From the human T2T-CHM13v2.0 reference genome, Homo sapiens: 64,000 bases of DNA. The position numbers were made by a program, and so were the translations under genes. Below the pieces are notes generated by a model, which had not been told where the DNA came from, searched no databases, and saw nothing but the letters and a program-made list of their open reading frames with translations. How positions within the stretch are numbered: the stretch's first letter is position 1; each line of letters opens with the position of its first letter. The stretch lies in NCBI RefSeq assembly GCF_009914755.1, contig NC_060931.1; one strand, 5' to 3'. Of the stretch, positions 39,898-56,260 are shown piece by piece.

Positions 39898-40626
39898 TGC
39901 TATGGGGTTGAATTGTGTTCCCTGCTGATGTGATTTGGCTGTGTCCCCACCCAAATCTCATCTTGAATTTAGCTCCCGCAGTTCCCATGTGTCATGGGAG
40001 GGACGCAGTGGGAAGTCATTGAATCATGGGGGTGGGTCTTTCCTGTATCGTTCTCGTGATAGTGAATAAGTCTCACAAGATCTGATGGTTTTATAAAGAG
40101 AAGTTCCCTTGCACAAGCTCTCTCTTGCTTGCCACCATGTAAGATGTGCCTTTCACCTTCCACCAAGATTGTGAGGCCTCCCCAGCCACGTGGAACTGTG
40201 AGTCAATTAAACCTCTTTCCTTTATAAATTACCCAGTCCTGGGTATGTCTTTATCAGCAGCATGAGAACGGACTAATACACCTGCAAATTCATATGCTGA
40301 AGCCCTAACCTCCAATGTGACAGTATCTGGAGACTGGGCCTGAGGGTTAAATGGGCTGGAAGGATGGTGCCCTCATGATGGGATTAGCATCTTCATTGGA
40401 AGAGGACATAGCAAAAAGGAAGAAAGAAGATGCTGTCTCTACCACAGGAGGACATAGTGAGAAGATGGCCATCTGCAAGCCAGGAAGAGAGCCCTAACCA
40501 GGAACAGAATTAGCCAGCACCTTGATCCTGGACTTCCCAGTCTCCAGAACTGTAAGAAATAAATACCTGTTGTTTAAGTCACCCATCTGTAGCATTTTAT
40601 TATAGCAGCCTGAGCAGACTAATACA
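39898..40626 (+). mobile_element. MLT1A-like solo LTR, host of a THE1 insertion
   Basis: TG...CA ends with a perfect TSD CCCAG at 39893-39897 and 40627-40631. Confidence 0.88.
39926..40280 (+). mobile_element. THE1 (B/D-like) solo LTR nested in the MLT1A
   Basis: tgatgtgatttggctgtgtccccacccaaatctcatcttgaa...gactaataca with a perfect TSD CCTGC. Confidence 0.92.
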
Positions 40627-41703
40627 CCCAGATACTCTCAATGCCAAAATACAGTCTACCTGTTCCCATGTGTGCCATAAGAGCCTCTGAAACACTAGTC
40701 TCCTTATTTCTGCCCCCTCCACCAACCACACGGCCCTATGACAAGGTGGTGAATGCCTTCCAGAGGACTATCTACCACACAGCCCCAGGACTGAGGAGGC
40801 TGGCTGGGCCCTCGAAGAAGGAATCTTAAACAAGAGAAGCAAGGGCAGAAATGCAACATCAGAGCTACCAGGCAGTGGGGAAGGGAAGAGAGGACAGAGA
40901 CTGAAACTTCAGAGGAAACGCTGGTACAGAGCTAGTGGTCTTTTAGACATGTTCCAATAAATCTGGCTAACTTAATACTCCCTCTGCATCCATCAAGGAA
41001 TCCATAAGCACTGTTGACTCAGGCTGTTCTTCTAAAGAAAACACAGCAGGCTTCAGGCAGGTGTTGTTAAATTGCTCCAACCAGGCAAAGCTGCTGACTC
41101 TCACTTAGTATTTTTACACACCATTGTGAGCCGCCAAATAACAGACCTTTATAAATCCCTGGTCAAAGTCAACTCCTCCAAGCCACCTTCCCGGCCTGGC
41201 CACTCCGTTTGCTATGGCCTTTCTTCATTGTTCGCATACCTCTCTGCTTTACCTCTCCCCTGTGGTTGTTCTGTCCGCCCTACTAGGCCTTCACTCCTCA
41301 GGGGCAGGGACTGAGTCTTGCATGGCTTTTTCATTCCAGAAGGCTGGATTCCAGGTTCTGCACTCAGGGGCGGCCCAGTCATTATTGTTGGCCGGCTGCT
41401 TTTCCTGAGAAAGCACAATCGGGCCTTTTGATTCCCATCCGCACACTGCCCGCTCCCTGCCACTCTGCTCTCCAGTGAAGGAACTTCTCGGCCCACTCAC
41501 ATTCCAGGCACAGTTTGGGGATCAGGGGATGAGCAGCCACACCCAGAAGTGCCAAAAAGTGCCACTGAGGTTTTTGGCTGAACAGAAGTAGAAGGAAATA
41601 AAGTAGCTCCCTTATCTGTGAGATGCAGGCGTCATTCTCAGCCATCTCACAGGTCCCGACCAGACCTTGGATTCTACAAATTTGGGAAAATGTTATTTTG
41701 GGA

Positions 41704-42150
41704 TGTGGTGGACACTGCTGCTTGACCACTCAATATCCATCCTACCCGTCTTCCTTACTATCAGACACCAATTTTATTCAGGGTGGCAAGTATTAAGCTA
41801 ACACACTCACACCTTCCTGGCCTCTTTTGCAGCTAGGGATGGCCAGTGAAACCTAACGGGAAATCTGCTGGAGGCCTCAGAGAAAGTCCTGGCTTGTCCT
41901 AATATAGGTACTACCCTTTCTGCTTTGCCCCGTCACTTTCTTCCACCAGTGAGGCTGATGTTACGCTGGAAGTGAAGCAGTCATCTTGTAGTCATGAGGA
42001 CAAAGGTGACAAACAGCCTCACGGGAGGGGCCCCGTTGGCCCTGATCAAGCACTACACTAGCCCTGGAGGGCCTAGCTCAGGACTGCTTGGTTCATGAGA
42101 TAAATAGGCCCTTACATGTTTAAATTACCAAATGCTCAAGCCAAGTGACA
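41704..42150 (+). mobile_element. MLT1J/K-like old MaLR LTR
   Basis: cttttgcagctagggatggcca...gcagtcatcttg...catgag...tgtttaa. Confidence 0.55.
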
Positions 42151-45100
42151 GATAAGCTTGTCATCTTCATACTTTTATTCTTCTTATTTTGTTGCTCCTG
42201 CAGCTTTTTGTTTGGTTTTTCTAAAAGCAAACTTGGGTCGAGTAATAGTTCCTCAAAAAAGCTATGGGGGAATAAAAAATCTACCTACCAGGATATTTTT
42301 CTTTCGGTTGGCAAATACCAAAGAACAAACTTCTCCATGAAAGGAGTCTGCGTTTCATGAAAGATCAAAGGTCTCAAAGTCTCCCAAATTGCAAACTCTT
42401 CTACAGTAACGTAGCCCAGTAGAGAAGAGCCATCAGGCAGCTCATTAAAGCTTGTCAGCCTCAATAGCTAACATTTTCTTCCTTTCTCATTGAACTCCAT
42501 TATCAGCAATGAGTTTTGCGGGGAGCTGGGGGTTTTGTTTGTTTTCTTTTGCTTTTACTTAAAATAAAAATGTGTAACTTAACTTCCAAGAGACATTGAG
42601 ATTTGGGCACAGTTTTCAGTCAGCTCCCTCTTCAAAGACCTACTGCAATTGCCAAAGCAATAATAAGACATTATGGAAAGGGGGAAGGGGGCCCATTCAC
42701 ACGCCAGAATCTCCATATAACCTCTGTTTGATAAAATGCTAGTTGGTCCAGATAAATGGAAGGCACAGGAGAGCAACTTAGAACCTGATTCCCAAGAAAG
42801 CAGGACTCAGAGAGGTTCTCTCGCTCAACAATATGTACATCAACTGCTTGGGAACAGCCAAGGCTAGACGCAGTTCAGGCCAGGGGTCGGAGGAAGAACG
42901 TGGCTTAAATGCCTTTGCTGCAGTGTATGGACAGCATTCCAAAGGTGCTCTGCCAGGAAGCCCCAGGCCTCGTGGATGGAGAGCGCTTCAGCTTGTCCCT
43001 GACACTGCAGGCAGTAGCCCTACCAGGACTGCTCAGTGCCATCCTGCTGTCCCCTACTCACCTTCCTGCTGTTAACAGACCCCTAAACAGGTCACAATCA
43101 GCCCCAGAAAGACTATTTTCATTAGGAAAAAATAATGTAAGTGACCTCAGTGTCCAGTGATAGATGGTGTTTCAGGAAATGACAGGGACATGGAACAAGC
43201 CGTCCCCTTCTTGTCTTCCCTCTTGTAACTTAAAGAGTGCTAACACCTGCTGCCAACCCACCCCCTCAAAACTGACAAAAACATTTCAGTTCCTCAGAAG
43301 CAGGTGCCTGAAAATTTGAAGTGTTAATTCAGTCATGCAAATCAATACCAGGCGTTGAACCTAAGAGGATTCAGGTAAGAATTGAAGAAATATTTCAGGT
43401 CTTTTTCCCTAAATGCCTTTCACAATTAGGCCACAATTCAGAGGTCTTATTCTATTTACTCATTTTATCCATGAGTTCAGAATGCAGCAAAAATTTTCTT
43501 CCTAGGCCTCTCAGAAACTATTGGAGAAAAAAAAATAGAAGAAAGGAACCGAATATCCCCCATCTAGCGGCCACAAACCAGACATAGTGACACTTTACTT
43601 ATGTCATTTATCTTCCTCCACCATGGCCTTGTGAAACAGTCTCAGAAAGGTGCTCACAGTAGGGAGAGCCAGAACCAGATTGTAAGCCTAGACTCATTCA
43701 TTTGTTCATCCATTCATTCACCAAACATTTTACTGGACACCTACCATGCGCACAGCACTGTTCTGTTAGCTGGAGATAAACAGCAGTGAATAAAAGAAAG
43801 TCTCTGCTTTCACGGTGTTTCCATTTTGTTAGACGAGAAAACAGACAAGCACACTTATCAGGGCTTCCCAACAGGTATGCCGGGGAGTGCCCCAGCTCCA
43901 TGGGACTGGGAAGGAGGGCAAGTTGGCAGCAGAGGCTGGAGCGACTGCACCCCTGAGATGGATTCCACCCACTATGATTAGGCTCATCCATTACTTTGAC
44001 ACAAAGCACCATGCAGATATCATCATTTTCCATGACTGCCATGTCAGCAGGGCTCAGGGATACTAAAGAAATCATTTGCCAGTGGTGATAAGGGCTATGA
44101 AGTTGTGCTGACCGCAAAATCCCTGCTCCTCCTACCAACTGCCTTTTCCAGTGGTTGAGCAATCTGCAGACAAGAGGACAGTCAGAATCCCACACCGAAA
44201 CTGGGAGGGTGGGAATAAGAAGCTGAAACTTCCTCATGCTCCATCTACCCAGCCATCCCACCTTCATTTCAGTGTCCTCCTAGAAGTCTGTATTTCAGTC
44301 AAAAGGAAACACTGGGTTTCGACGTGCCTCATGTTCCTCAGCTTGTAAACACAGCTGAGAAACCAAATGGTTTTTTGGCAGCTACGTTTCTGCCCCTCTC
44401 TTAGCACACAAGAAAACGTGTCTGTGAAGACTGCCTTAGAACATGATGCCTCGAGCCCAAGGGCGACCCCACTGCACCATGCAGGTAACATCACAGCTGT
44501 GCTGCAGCTGTTCGCCTGGAGCTGGTTTGGGCCCTGGCCTCCTCAGCCCACTGCCCCAGCTCTCCCAGCGGCTCCAACATGGGTCTTGGGCTGCAGGAGA
44601 GCCTGGAGAGAAAGCTTGCAAACCCAGAGTGGAACCAGAAAAACAATTCCTGGCAGTGCCTCAGAAATGAATACCATTCAGGGGTAGGAAGTAAAAAGTC
44701 AAAACTACAAAGATCGGAGTCAGGTTCTTTGGTTACAAAAAATATATACTGTTTCCTCACTAGATCCCATCTCTTTCCAAAGGATAACATCTACTGCCTA
44801 AGTCATCTGTAACTGGAAAGAGGGAGGGAAATGCCGCACCACAGTTTGACTTTTTAATGGTACTGAAATCTATAGGTCTGTGCCTAGTCGTTTGAATAAG
44901 TTTTCAGTAGCAAAAAAAAACAAAAAACAAAAAACAGGATACAGTCTTCGGTGTTCAAGGCTTTTGTGGCCAATCTGGCTTCTTGCTGGACTACAAAGGG
45001 AGGCTTATCTGTGACTAATCTCTAAAAATTAAGTTTAAATCAAAAGCTGCCACAGGTGACCCCAGCTTATGACTCCATATGCCAAAAGTCTGTAATAGCA

Positions 45101-45193
45101 GGATGCTGATGGTGGGACAGGTTTTGTGTGTTGGGGGGACAAGAGATACACGGGAGCTTTTTGTATTTCTGCTCAATTTTGCTGTGAACATAA

Positions 45194-45382
<189 letters not shown>

Positions 45383-46333
45383 TAAAAGTTTGTAACACGG
45401 GTGGTTCAAACTCACAAGACATTTTCTTACTGACATAATGTGATAAAAAGTCATCTGTTTCCCAGTCAGGCCTCAGAAACCCATTTAATTCACCACACAG
45501 CTAAACTGTGGAGTGAATCCTAAACTCTGTGTCTCCTTCAAAGAGCCTGCTCTGCTCTGGGCTGTGAAGGGTGGCCCTTTCCTCCCTGTGCAGTCTGAGG
45601 CAGAATTCTCCTTCCTCTGCACCCACCTCTGTCCTCAGTACTCACATGCCCGACCTCAGGCCCAGCTGAAGGGCTTCCTCCTCCCACACCTGTTCCTCAT
45701 GTCCCTGACAGGCCTGAGGGCCATGACAGGAACAGAGATTCAGTGAAACAGAGAGCAAGGGCAGAACCCAGAATCCAGCCACGGCACGTGGGAGGCACAA
45801 GAGGGGAGCAGGGATGTGTCTGGCCAGAGTGCCTTTGCGGGTCCTGAAACCTGGGCATTGCCAGCAGCTGCTCATTTTCTTTGAAGCTACAATTATTTAC
45901 TTAATGTTCCTTCTGCAGGCTCATATTCTTATTACAAAGCCATTTGTCCTCACCTGTCCTTATTATTATGTCATACAAAAATGGAACCAATTAGGGCTTG
46001 TTTCTATGTTTCTACCACTTGAATATTGTTGATGCCTCTGTGATCAAACTCATTTTCGGCATTCAGTGGATCCACCTGATACTTCCTTAGTGGAAGAGTC
46101 AGAAGAATAAAGAGAGGAAAAGACTCACACCTTGGAGTCATGTGGTGAATCCCAACACTCTTGAACAGGTTAATGAGTACAAAGGCTATCCTTTTGCAAA
46201 GCCCCAAAACTAAGAACTGCAAATGACACAGTCACAAAACAGACACATGCACAAACTCCATCCAGCCGATGGGAAGGACATCCAGAGATAGATGGACTTA
46301 TCTGGAGAGAAGAATGATGAAAGGACCCTCAGA

Positions 46334-46543
46334 GGCCAGGCTCAGTGGCTCACGCCTGCAATCCCAGCACTTTGAGAGGTGGAGGGGGCAGGATGGCTTG
46401 AGCTCAGGAGTTCAAGATCAGCCTGGGCAACATAGCAAGAAAGGAAGAGAAAGAGAGACAGAAGGAAGGAAGGAAGGAAAAAAAGGAAGGAAGGGAGGGA
46501 GGGAGGGAAGGAGAAGAAAGAAAAAAGAAAAGAAAGAGAGAAA
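46334..46543 (+). mobile_element. Alu left monomer with a long GA-rich tail
   Basis: TSD gaaaggaccctca on both sides. Confidence 0.88.
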
Positions 46544-46899
46544 GAAAGGACCCTCATAAAACTACACAAGCACCAATGAACCAGTGATGGTCTCCAATGC
46601 CAATTTTGAGGACTGATATTAATCTTGTTCCAAAAAAATCAAAAGAGGCAGCGCTGTGTTCTACACTTTGTCCATTTACTCTGAGTTCCTGGCCTTCTGC
46701 AGTTCGTGCTCTCGCCTGGAAACCAGGCCTCTCCTTCCCAGCAGAATGCCACATCCCATGCACACAGGTCTGCTACAGAGAAGACCTGTGGCTACAGAGA
46801 CACAGACACCGCCCTGAGCTAACATGCTAGTAAGTCCTCAGGGGACTCGGCGGTCAGCTGAATAGCACACTCAACCCTTATTTGTACTGACCACTCTGT

Positions 46900-48070
46900 A
46901 GCGACTCTCCCCTATTTTGGAGCCTATGATGGAATTTTCCTGGCTTTTCTCCAGTTTTTTTTTTTTTTTTTTTTGATGATTCTTTCTGGGTTCTATCTGT
47001 AGGGTCTTCTCCCTGGCCAATCCTTCTGGTGCCCCCAGGGCTCCACACTCAGCCCTTCTCTCAAACTCCTCCCTCTCACTCTAACCTTTCTGGACTATCT
47101 TATATGGATTATTGGCTTCACTAATCCCTCACCAGGATCCTAACACCCAAATCTACATCTCCAGTCCAGACCTTTCTCCAGAACTCCAGACCCAAGTCTC
47201 CAAATGCCCTTTACGTGTCGCTCCTGTGAATGTTCTGCAAGTACACCAGAATTACTGTGCCTGAAAGTGAACTCATTATCTTCCCTGCCAAACTCATCCT
47301 CCCTCCAAATACTCCCATTCAAGGTCAACGGCAACACCGTCAACTCAGCCTTCCAAGCCAGAAAACAAGAAATCTCCCATAGCCCTCATGCCCTGTAATC
47401 ACATCTCCAGTCTAACCTCCCCTATCCTCTCTTGAATTCATCTACTCCTCCCTGTTGGGTTCAGGCCCTCATGGCATCTTATTCTACTCCATGGATGAAA
47501 TAGCCAGCCAGAAGATCAACTTGTCACTATCAATTCTGCCGTCCAGTCCATCCTTTCTAAAATACATTTCTGCTCCTGTCTGGTCTCTCTTGTTAAAAGC
47601 CTCCCACCTTCCCGCTTACAAAAGAATGTCCAAGTCATTTGCCAAGCACACAAACCTCTCATGATCTTGTGGTATCTCCCAAGACTCCCCATAGAGCACC
47701 CTACTCTCAAACTACATAAAATGACTTGGGATTCCCAGGATCAGTCATGACTTTTTCCACGTTCCTATTCTGTAGCTGCTGTTCCCACTGCCTGGTGAAC
47801 TCCTATGTATACTTCAGCACCCATTGCAAATATCACTTGCTCCTCCATGAAGTGTTCCCCAACTCTTCACCCCCTTCAGATTTGTCATTCCATCCGCTTT
47901 GCTACAGAAATACTTCAAACACAGCTCTCATGCAAAACATGTATCAGGCATTTAATGACTTATAATTTAATGACGCATCTTCCTTCCTACTCTACTTGGA
48001 AAGCCACAGGTCAAGAATGTTTATCCCCTGCCTAGAACAGGCACATGCTTAGACAAGCAGCTTGTTAAGT
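46900..48070. mobile_element. L2 fragment
   Basis: cccaaatctacatctccagtccagacctttctccagaactccagacc...aactcattatcttccc. Confidence 0.7.
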
Positions 48071-48638
48071 TCCTCGAATTGGAGGAAGGACCAGCTATGT
48101 GAGAGGTTTCCCCAGGATGCAAACAGACAGGATGCGAGGGGAAGGAAGGAGTTAATGGCTGAACCTTTAAAACTCTATGATTGGTAACCTTGGATTTAAA
48201 TTTCGGTTTAACACAATTGGCCACTGAGAAAGCATTTTCATCACAAATCCTATTTCCTCCAGGTTTTCTAAAAACATCACCCTATCAGTTTGAATCCTGC
48301 AAGCTCTTTCTCAGCCAAAAGGAATTTCCCTTTAAACAAAAACTATTCAGACGTTTCCAAGATATGAAATGTGAAAAACCAGGATTTTCCACTCAGACAA
48401 CTAGGAAACTGTTTGCAGATTTTTTTTTCCCCAGACTCCTCTTATTTGCCAAGGAGTCTGAAGGGACTTTTTTTTCCAATGTTAAAAAAATGTTTCCTAC
48501 CTCTGTGTCTCTGTTTTTCCATTCTTTATTTTGTCTGGGTTTCACTTAAACAAAGTTTTAAGTCAGAAAACAGAGACTACAAAACGCAAAACTACACCTG
48601 CCAATTGAATTGCCCAAATGAAATACACAATCGACTGA

Positions 48639-48986
<348 letters not shown>

Positions 48987-49095
48987 TTAAATAGCTTATT
49001 TTTTAAAGATTCTTCAGTGGTAGGGGCATAACACATGTAATACCATTGGGATTTTGAGATCATGTAATAAAAATGTAGAATTTACAAAGTGATCA

Positions 49096-49511
<416 letters not shown>

Positions 49512-51025
49512 TTAAAATATGGATGGTTCAGAATAACCCATCTCAATTCTTTAAAAAAAAATCCCCAAAGCTCTTCGTAATATCAGTAAAGTTCAAATAA
49601 ACAGATTACACCTACACCAGAATACAGCAACTCAAAAGCAGGCAATTCAACATGAGGTAACTGTAGCTGAGCCCCAGAGCAGCTGTACACACAAGAGGAA
49701 AATATGGTACGTGATCTAAGAAGTTACGTCTCACTTTTGAATTGACCTTCCACACAGTCGAAAAGATTAGACCTACCCCCACAGGATGCCACAGAGGGTT
49801 TCCCAAGCCAAAGTACAAGCAAAAGTCTAGGCAAAACATAGCTTGCCTCTAATGAGTGACACGGACTGTAGAAGCAGCTGAATCCCAGGAATGACCCATG
49901 AGCTCCTCTTGGGTTTACACTGCAAGAGAGCTGAGTCACTCAACATGCCCTGAGATAAATGGGTGCAGCGATAAGAAGGATCAACATCCCAGCTCTTCTT
50001 TGAAACACATCAAGAAACACATGAAAATTCAAGGGTTACCCAGCCAGAGCTGTTCTGCTGCTCAGGTGGACCTAGCAGGCTTGAGTCAAACTCCAAAGAT
50101 CTGCTTTTCGTCAAAAGACAAATAACAAGTATAAAAAACTGAGAACCAGATGCACTGAAGTTTATAGCAGAGCCCAGGGGAACATACAGAGAGAAGAGAA
50201 GGCCAAGTACCAAAACACTCACATTTAACAGCTGGTATGGAAGCCAGAAAAGGAGGAAGAACTAAGCTTGCCAGAGTGTCATGGAAGCCAAAGCAAAAAC
50301 GAGTTATGAGACAATCCTGTGGTCAGTATTGCCAAATAGTCCCATGAGGCCCTGCAGGTAAGGACAGAGAAAAGACTATTGGATTTAGCAGCCAGGGAGA
50401 GGTTGAGCAGTAGGACCCAGCGGGCAGAGGATACAGGGTAGAGACTAAGGAAATGGAGGCCATGGCTGGTGACCACGCACTTGAGAAAACCTGGCAGTAA
50501 ACAAGAGAAAAGAAATGAGTAAGAGGGAGCATCTGGCAAACATGTGTTCAAGGCAGAGGCCTGTGTTTACAGCACAATGTCGGAGCTGGAGAGGAGAGGA
50601 AATAAAGATGCATGAGAGAGAATAATGACAGGCTCTCTCCACTTTCTGAATGATGTCAGACTCCTAAGGTTGGGACACCTTGTTCTCAAAGAGAAGACAT
50701 TTGACTTAGGGGATAGGTTGGAAAAGTACTTCTATTATGGATCAGGCAGTGACATGCAAAGAAACTGAAATCCAAATAGGTGAAGTAATGTACCCAAGGT
50801 CACCAGAGAGCCTGTGTCCCTCAACATCAAAATGGCCTGCCTTGAAAGCCCACCCTTTCCACCATGCCATCAACTCCACTCCCACTGGAAACAGGGACTG
50901 TTTCAATCACCCCACGCCCACCTTGTTCTCTAATCAAAACAAGAAAAGATATCAACACTGAATTACCCAAGTCACTATTATACTGAATTTTCACATTTGC
51001 AAAACCGTTTACAAGAATCCAGAGT

Positions 51026-51209
51026 TTATTTGTTTGTTTGCTCATTTATTTATTTATTTTGAGACAGGGTCTCACTCTGTTGCCCAGTCCGGAGTATAGA
51101 GGCGTGATCACAGCTCACTGTAAACTCAACCTCCTGGGCTCAAGCGATCCTCCTGCCTCAGCCTCTGAAAGCGCTGGGATTACAAGCATGGGCTACCACG
51201 TCTTGCCCA
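51026..51209 (-). mobile_element. Alu monomer (FAM/FRAM/J-like)
   Basis: Single arm with a (TTTA/TTTG)n tail. Confidence 0.85.
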
Positions 51210-52186
51210 GAGTTTTAAAAATATATAAAAACAGGCCAAAGCCACCCAGCTTATCCATTTTCCAGGACTGCCTCACTCTACTTAACTATGCATCAAGCAC
51301 TTACGATTCTCTGGGCATCCTGCACTTGACTAAGGACCATGAGGGTATAGAAGAGACAGTCATGTCTCCTGTCCTCAAGGAACTTGTGCTGAGCAAATCT
51401 CTACTGCTCTATGTCTTACATTCCCCATAGATAAAATGGCCCATCTTCTCCCATGTGCCTCATGAATAACCTATACAATTTGATTCAAGGAAAAATCAAG
51501 ATCCCTTAGCACTTCATTTAGAAAGGCCAGAGTGCATCTACTGAGCAGGGAAAAAGAGAAATAGGCTCAAGGTTGATCCAGAGACAGTGGGTCTCATTAT
51601 TTCCTTTCCATCCTGATTCCACAGGGGCAGAAAACAAGGGCAGCACTCCCTCACTCATAAGATCACTCATTTGGACAATTCAGATGCCCTGCAACCATAG
51701 GCCTCAATCCTACCAAATGCCCAGCTAAGGCTTAAGGCTATTTACCCCAAGAGAGTCACCAGACAGCGTAGAGCCATGTCAGGCTGAGGCCGGCAGTTTT
51801 AGCTGCAGACAGGCACATGTGGCCTCATCAATATTTGAACAGCCATATGCAACTGGAAAAATTGCTTCTTTGAAAAATGGCATTTAGCTTGCCACCTGCT
51901 GTCGATCCCAAACAGAACAAATCATTCTTGTCCTGCATGGTAAGCATGATTACAGTCTCAGCTAGCTACCTCCAGCCCTGGTATTCTACTCTGACGCCAA
52001 GAGTCCAGATAATACAGTTAATTCTACATCTCCTAGTTAGTGAGTCAAGACATAGCCGTAATCTCCTCCTGGCTCCCACCCCTCCCTAGCCTTTCCCTGC
52101 ACTTTCAAGAGGCTATTTCTATATCTATAGTCTTCTTTCACTGGGCATTGGTAGCACAGCTAAATAATATTCTTAGAACTTTGCTG

Positions 52187-52323
52187 GGCCGGACGTGATA
52201 GCTCATGCCTGTAATCCTAGCACTGTGGGAGGCCGAGGCAGAGGATCCCTTGAGCCCAGGGGTTCAAGACCAGCCTAGGCAACATAAGGAGACCCTGTCT
52301 CTATTTAAAAACAAAAAACAAAA
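52187..52323 (+). mobile_element. FLAM-like Alu monomer
   Basis: Left arm only. TSD agaact(t/c)tgc. Confidence 0.88.
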
Positions 52324-52733
52324 GAACTCTGCGAGTGGCACAGTACTTGGGTTTACTGTTTTGCGCCCAGGGCAAATTACTGTGAATTTTAAATTTTCTA
52401 GTTGCTAGCCCATGTTCATGAGAAAAGAAACATACCTTTTGACTAAGGAAAGAATTGTTAACTCAGACTATTTTACTAATGATCCCAATGGTCATGCTGG
52501 TTGAGTCTCCATCCCCATATGATTAATCTAAGCTGATAATATAAATCCCATTCTCCTTTCCAGCCATTGGCTTAAGAATGGTCATATGACCGAATCCTTA
52601 CCAATAAAGCTTTAAGAAAAATCAGCTAGTGGGCTAGTAAGAAAAGTTTCTTCCATTCTAAAAAAGGGACACAAGAAAGAGACAACTTCTCTTCTTCCTC
52701 TGGATGTTGTCATTTTGAATGTAACCCCTGTAA

Positions 52734-53162
<429 letters not shown>

Positions 53163-54955
53163 AGGGGCTCTATTTCACAACCTCTTGCAACATGAGATAA
53201 TTTACTTACTGTATGAGCCGATCTGAATCCATTTTCAGTTACTTCTAGCTGCAAGCACTGTAATTAATTCAATTATTAATCTAGATGCTATATCTTATAA
53301 CTCCTGCAAAAGCAATGTCACATCAGAGACCCCTGTTTCCCATGAACACTGTAACTCAGGGATCATTCGAGAAGGAGGGCAAATATAAAACTCTGTACTG
53401 CCCTCTCATCTTTCAGGACTGTGCCTATGTCTACCACCTCCCAACCAATGTTACTATCATGAGAACAATTTCAGAGACAGTAAAATAATCCGTCAAAGAT
53501 TTTTTGCTAAGCCAAGGGAAATCCTCTAGATCATAGACAAATTAGCAACACATAAACAAGGCTGCCTTATGAATAAGAGCCACATTATGAAATAATGGAG
53601 GGCAGTGAGGGTTCCTCTCCCATTCCCCAAATATTCGCCCACTACTACCTGGCTATCGCCCTAGGTTCTCCAAGTGGAGATTCACCCTTTTGACCTGAAG
53701 TAATTATTGTTAAATATAAATGCCCATTTAGGGTTAACATGTTAAATCTTACTAACACTAAAATTTCTAGTGAAAGCTTATCAAATCTTTCCTGACAGCA
53801 AAATTTGAAGGGATGAAATTGGAAAGAGAACATTACAGTGAACACTTGATGTCTAAGAAAGGAGGGGAACACAAAAGGGGCGAGAATGTTGAAAGGTGCC
53901 ACAAGGGTCTGGAAAAATTATACTTACTTCCCAATTCTGTCTCCCGTTAGAACTCACTACATTTATTCAGCTTGTGGAGGTCATGTGACCATAAGTAATA
54001 ACATTCTCAGCCAATGAGGACCCGGGTGCCCCTTCAGAACCTGGCCTGGGGCCAACCCTAGGAGTTAACTCCAAAGTGGAACATCAAACCAAAAGCTTCA
54101 ATATCGCATTGAAATCATATCACTCTCCGGGCCAGGCGGGAGGAACAGGAAACCACACAGTCTGTGAGATCAGCCAACTCCTTTTCAGCACTCAGTAAGA
54201 CATGGAAGCCAGATGGCCTTTCCATCTGGACACCAGGCAGGTCGAATATTCCCCCAACTCCCTACCTACCACTGTCTGGGACCAGTGGTTTCACTTGAAG
54301 AACCAACCAGATATAAAACTGTATTAGCATAACCACCAAATGATTTTACAAATAACTTGGCTTTATAGGAATTCTGCATTTTAAACAAGCAGAACTTCTG
54401 TTGTTACTTTCACAAAGACTTAGTTTTTATGATACACTTTTTTAAAAGGATATAATCATGGCGAAAATTGCAAAAATTGTTTTATTTTCCAGATGGCTAA
54501 ACTGAGATAGAAGAAAGGAGAACATTATCAAGATCTTGATGTTTATCATGGGCAAACCACCTGCCAACCTCTCCCCCTAAAGCCTCTTTCCACGGGGCCT
54601 TCCCACTTCCCCTGTTCTTCATCCAACGCCTCCACTGACCTTGAGTGGTGTTGAGTTTCTATATAGTACTGAAGCTCCCTTTTTCCCCCAAGAACACTTG
54701 GTTGAAAATTACCTCTAGTCCAGTTTTACATGGTGCCTACAAGTTGTATTTCTTCCATTTTCTAGACATAGTGAGGAGGTAAAAATCTGAATAGTACCAA
54801 CAGGTATAGTGTGTAGACATGCTTCCCTTCATCTCTTGACTTCCACTTCCCCAAGCCGCTTTCCCAAAAATTATCCACTTCTTGAGCATCCTTCCAGATA
54901 CAGTTTATACATATATAAAATACATTTTAAAATTTATAGATTATTTTGCTCTTTA

Positions 54956-55321
<366 letters not shown>

Positions 55322-56260
55322 TCAGAGAATTTTATAGGAATACAATACAAATGGCAGAAATGTCCAACATACAGGCAGGTCTGGGGAAAGAGGCAAGGTT
55401 TCTTCTCACGGTGGTACCGAACCCCAAGAGATATTCTCCTGATTTCTAGATCTGCCATCTTTTCTGAACCAATTTTAGCCTGTATTCCATCTTGAAGCAA
55501 CAGCTTTCCTAAAATCAGTACTCACTGAATTAAAATAACATTTCATCATCTGTATGGAAACAATTTTTTAAGCTTCAAGAGGAAGCCCAGAGCTTTAGCA
55601 ATTCAGGATCTAATGATCAGTCCATCTTTGCCCTATCCATATGCTTCATTATTTTGTAGACTTTGAACCTGTCTGCCTTTGTCCTTGTAGACCAAGATGT
55701 CTTCATAACTAACCAAATGAAAAAAAACATTGCTCCTAACGGTTAACAGAAGGCTCCTGAGAAACATCATAATCTCAGCCTTGGGTAACTTGAACATTCT
55801 AAATTGTTTAAATCAAGTATGTGACAGGTTTGCTAAAACAGAGCATTAGCAATCATGCATGTAGTAACTAAATCCCTAGTAAGAGCAACAAAAGTGATCT
55901 CACTAGGAAGGTTTGGTGGCTGCCACTGTCAGCCTCATTTAAACATTAGCTGCTTTCAGGCTCAGCAGTTCCTATATTCCAATCACTCTCTCCCAACCTC
56001 TTATTCAGTTCCTTCTCTTTAAGTCAGGATTCTTCACTCAGACAGCCTGATAGGCAAGTACTTGCAGGCAGGCAAACATGGGTTTGAATCCTGGTTCTAT
56101 CACTAAATAGCTGTGGGAACTGAGCCAAGTGGCTTAAACTCAGGAAGCCTCATTTTTCTTATATGTAAAATAAAAGTAATAAAAATGGCTCATTTCACTG
56201 GGTCATTACAAGGGTTAAATGGCATAATATTTGTAAAGCACTAGACACAATGTCTTTCAG

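Noticed and set aside
43698-44267. 189-aa minus-strand ORF
   Set aside because: No recognisable homology or coding-like composition, and it ends in an L2 3' remnant (VNEWMNK). Probably a chance ORF.
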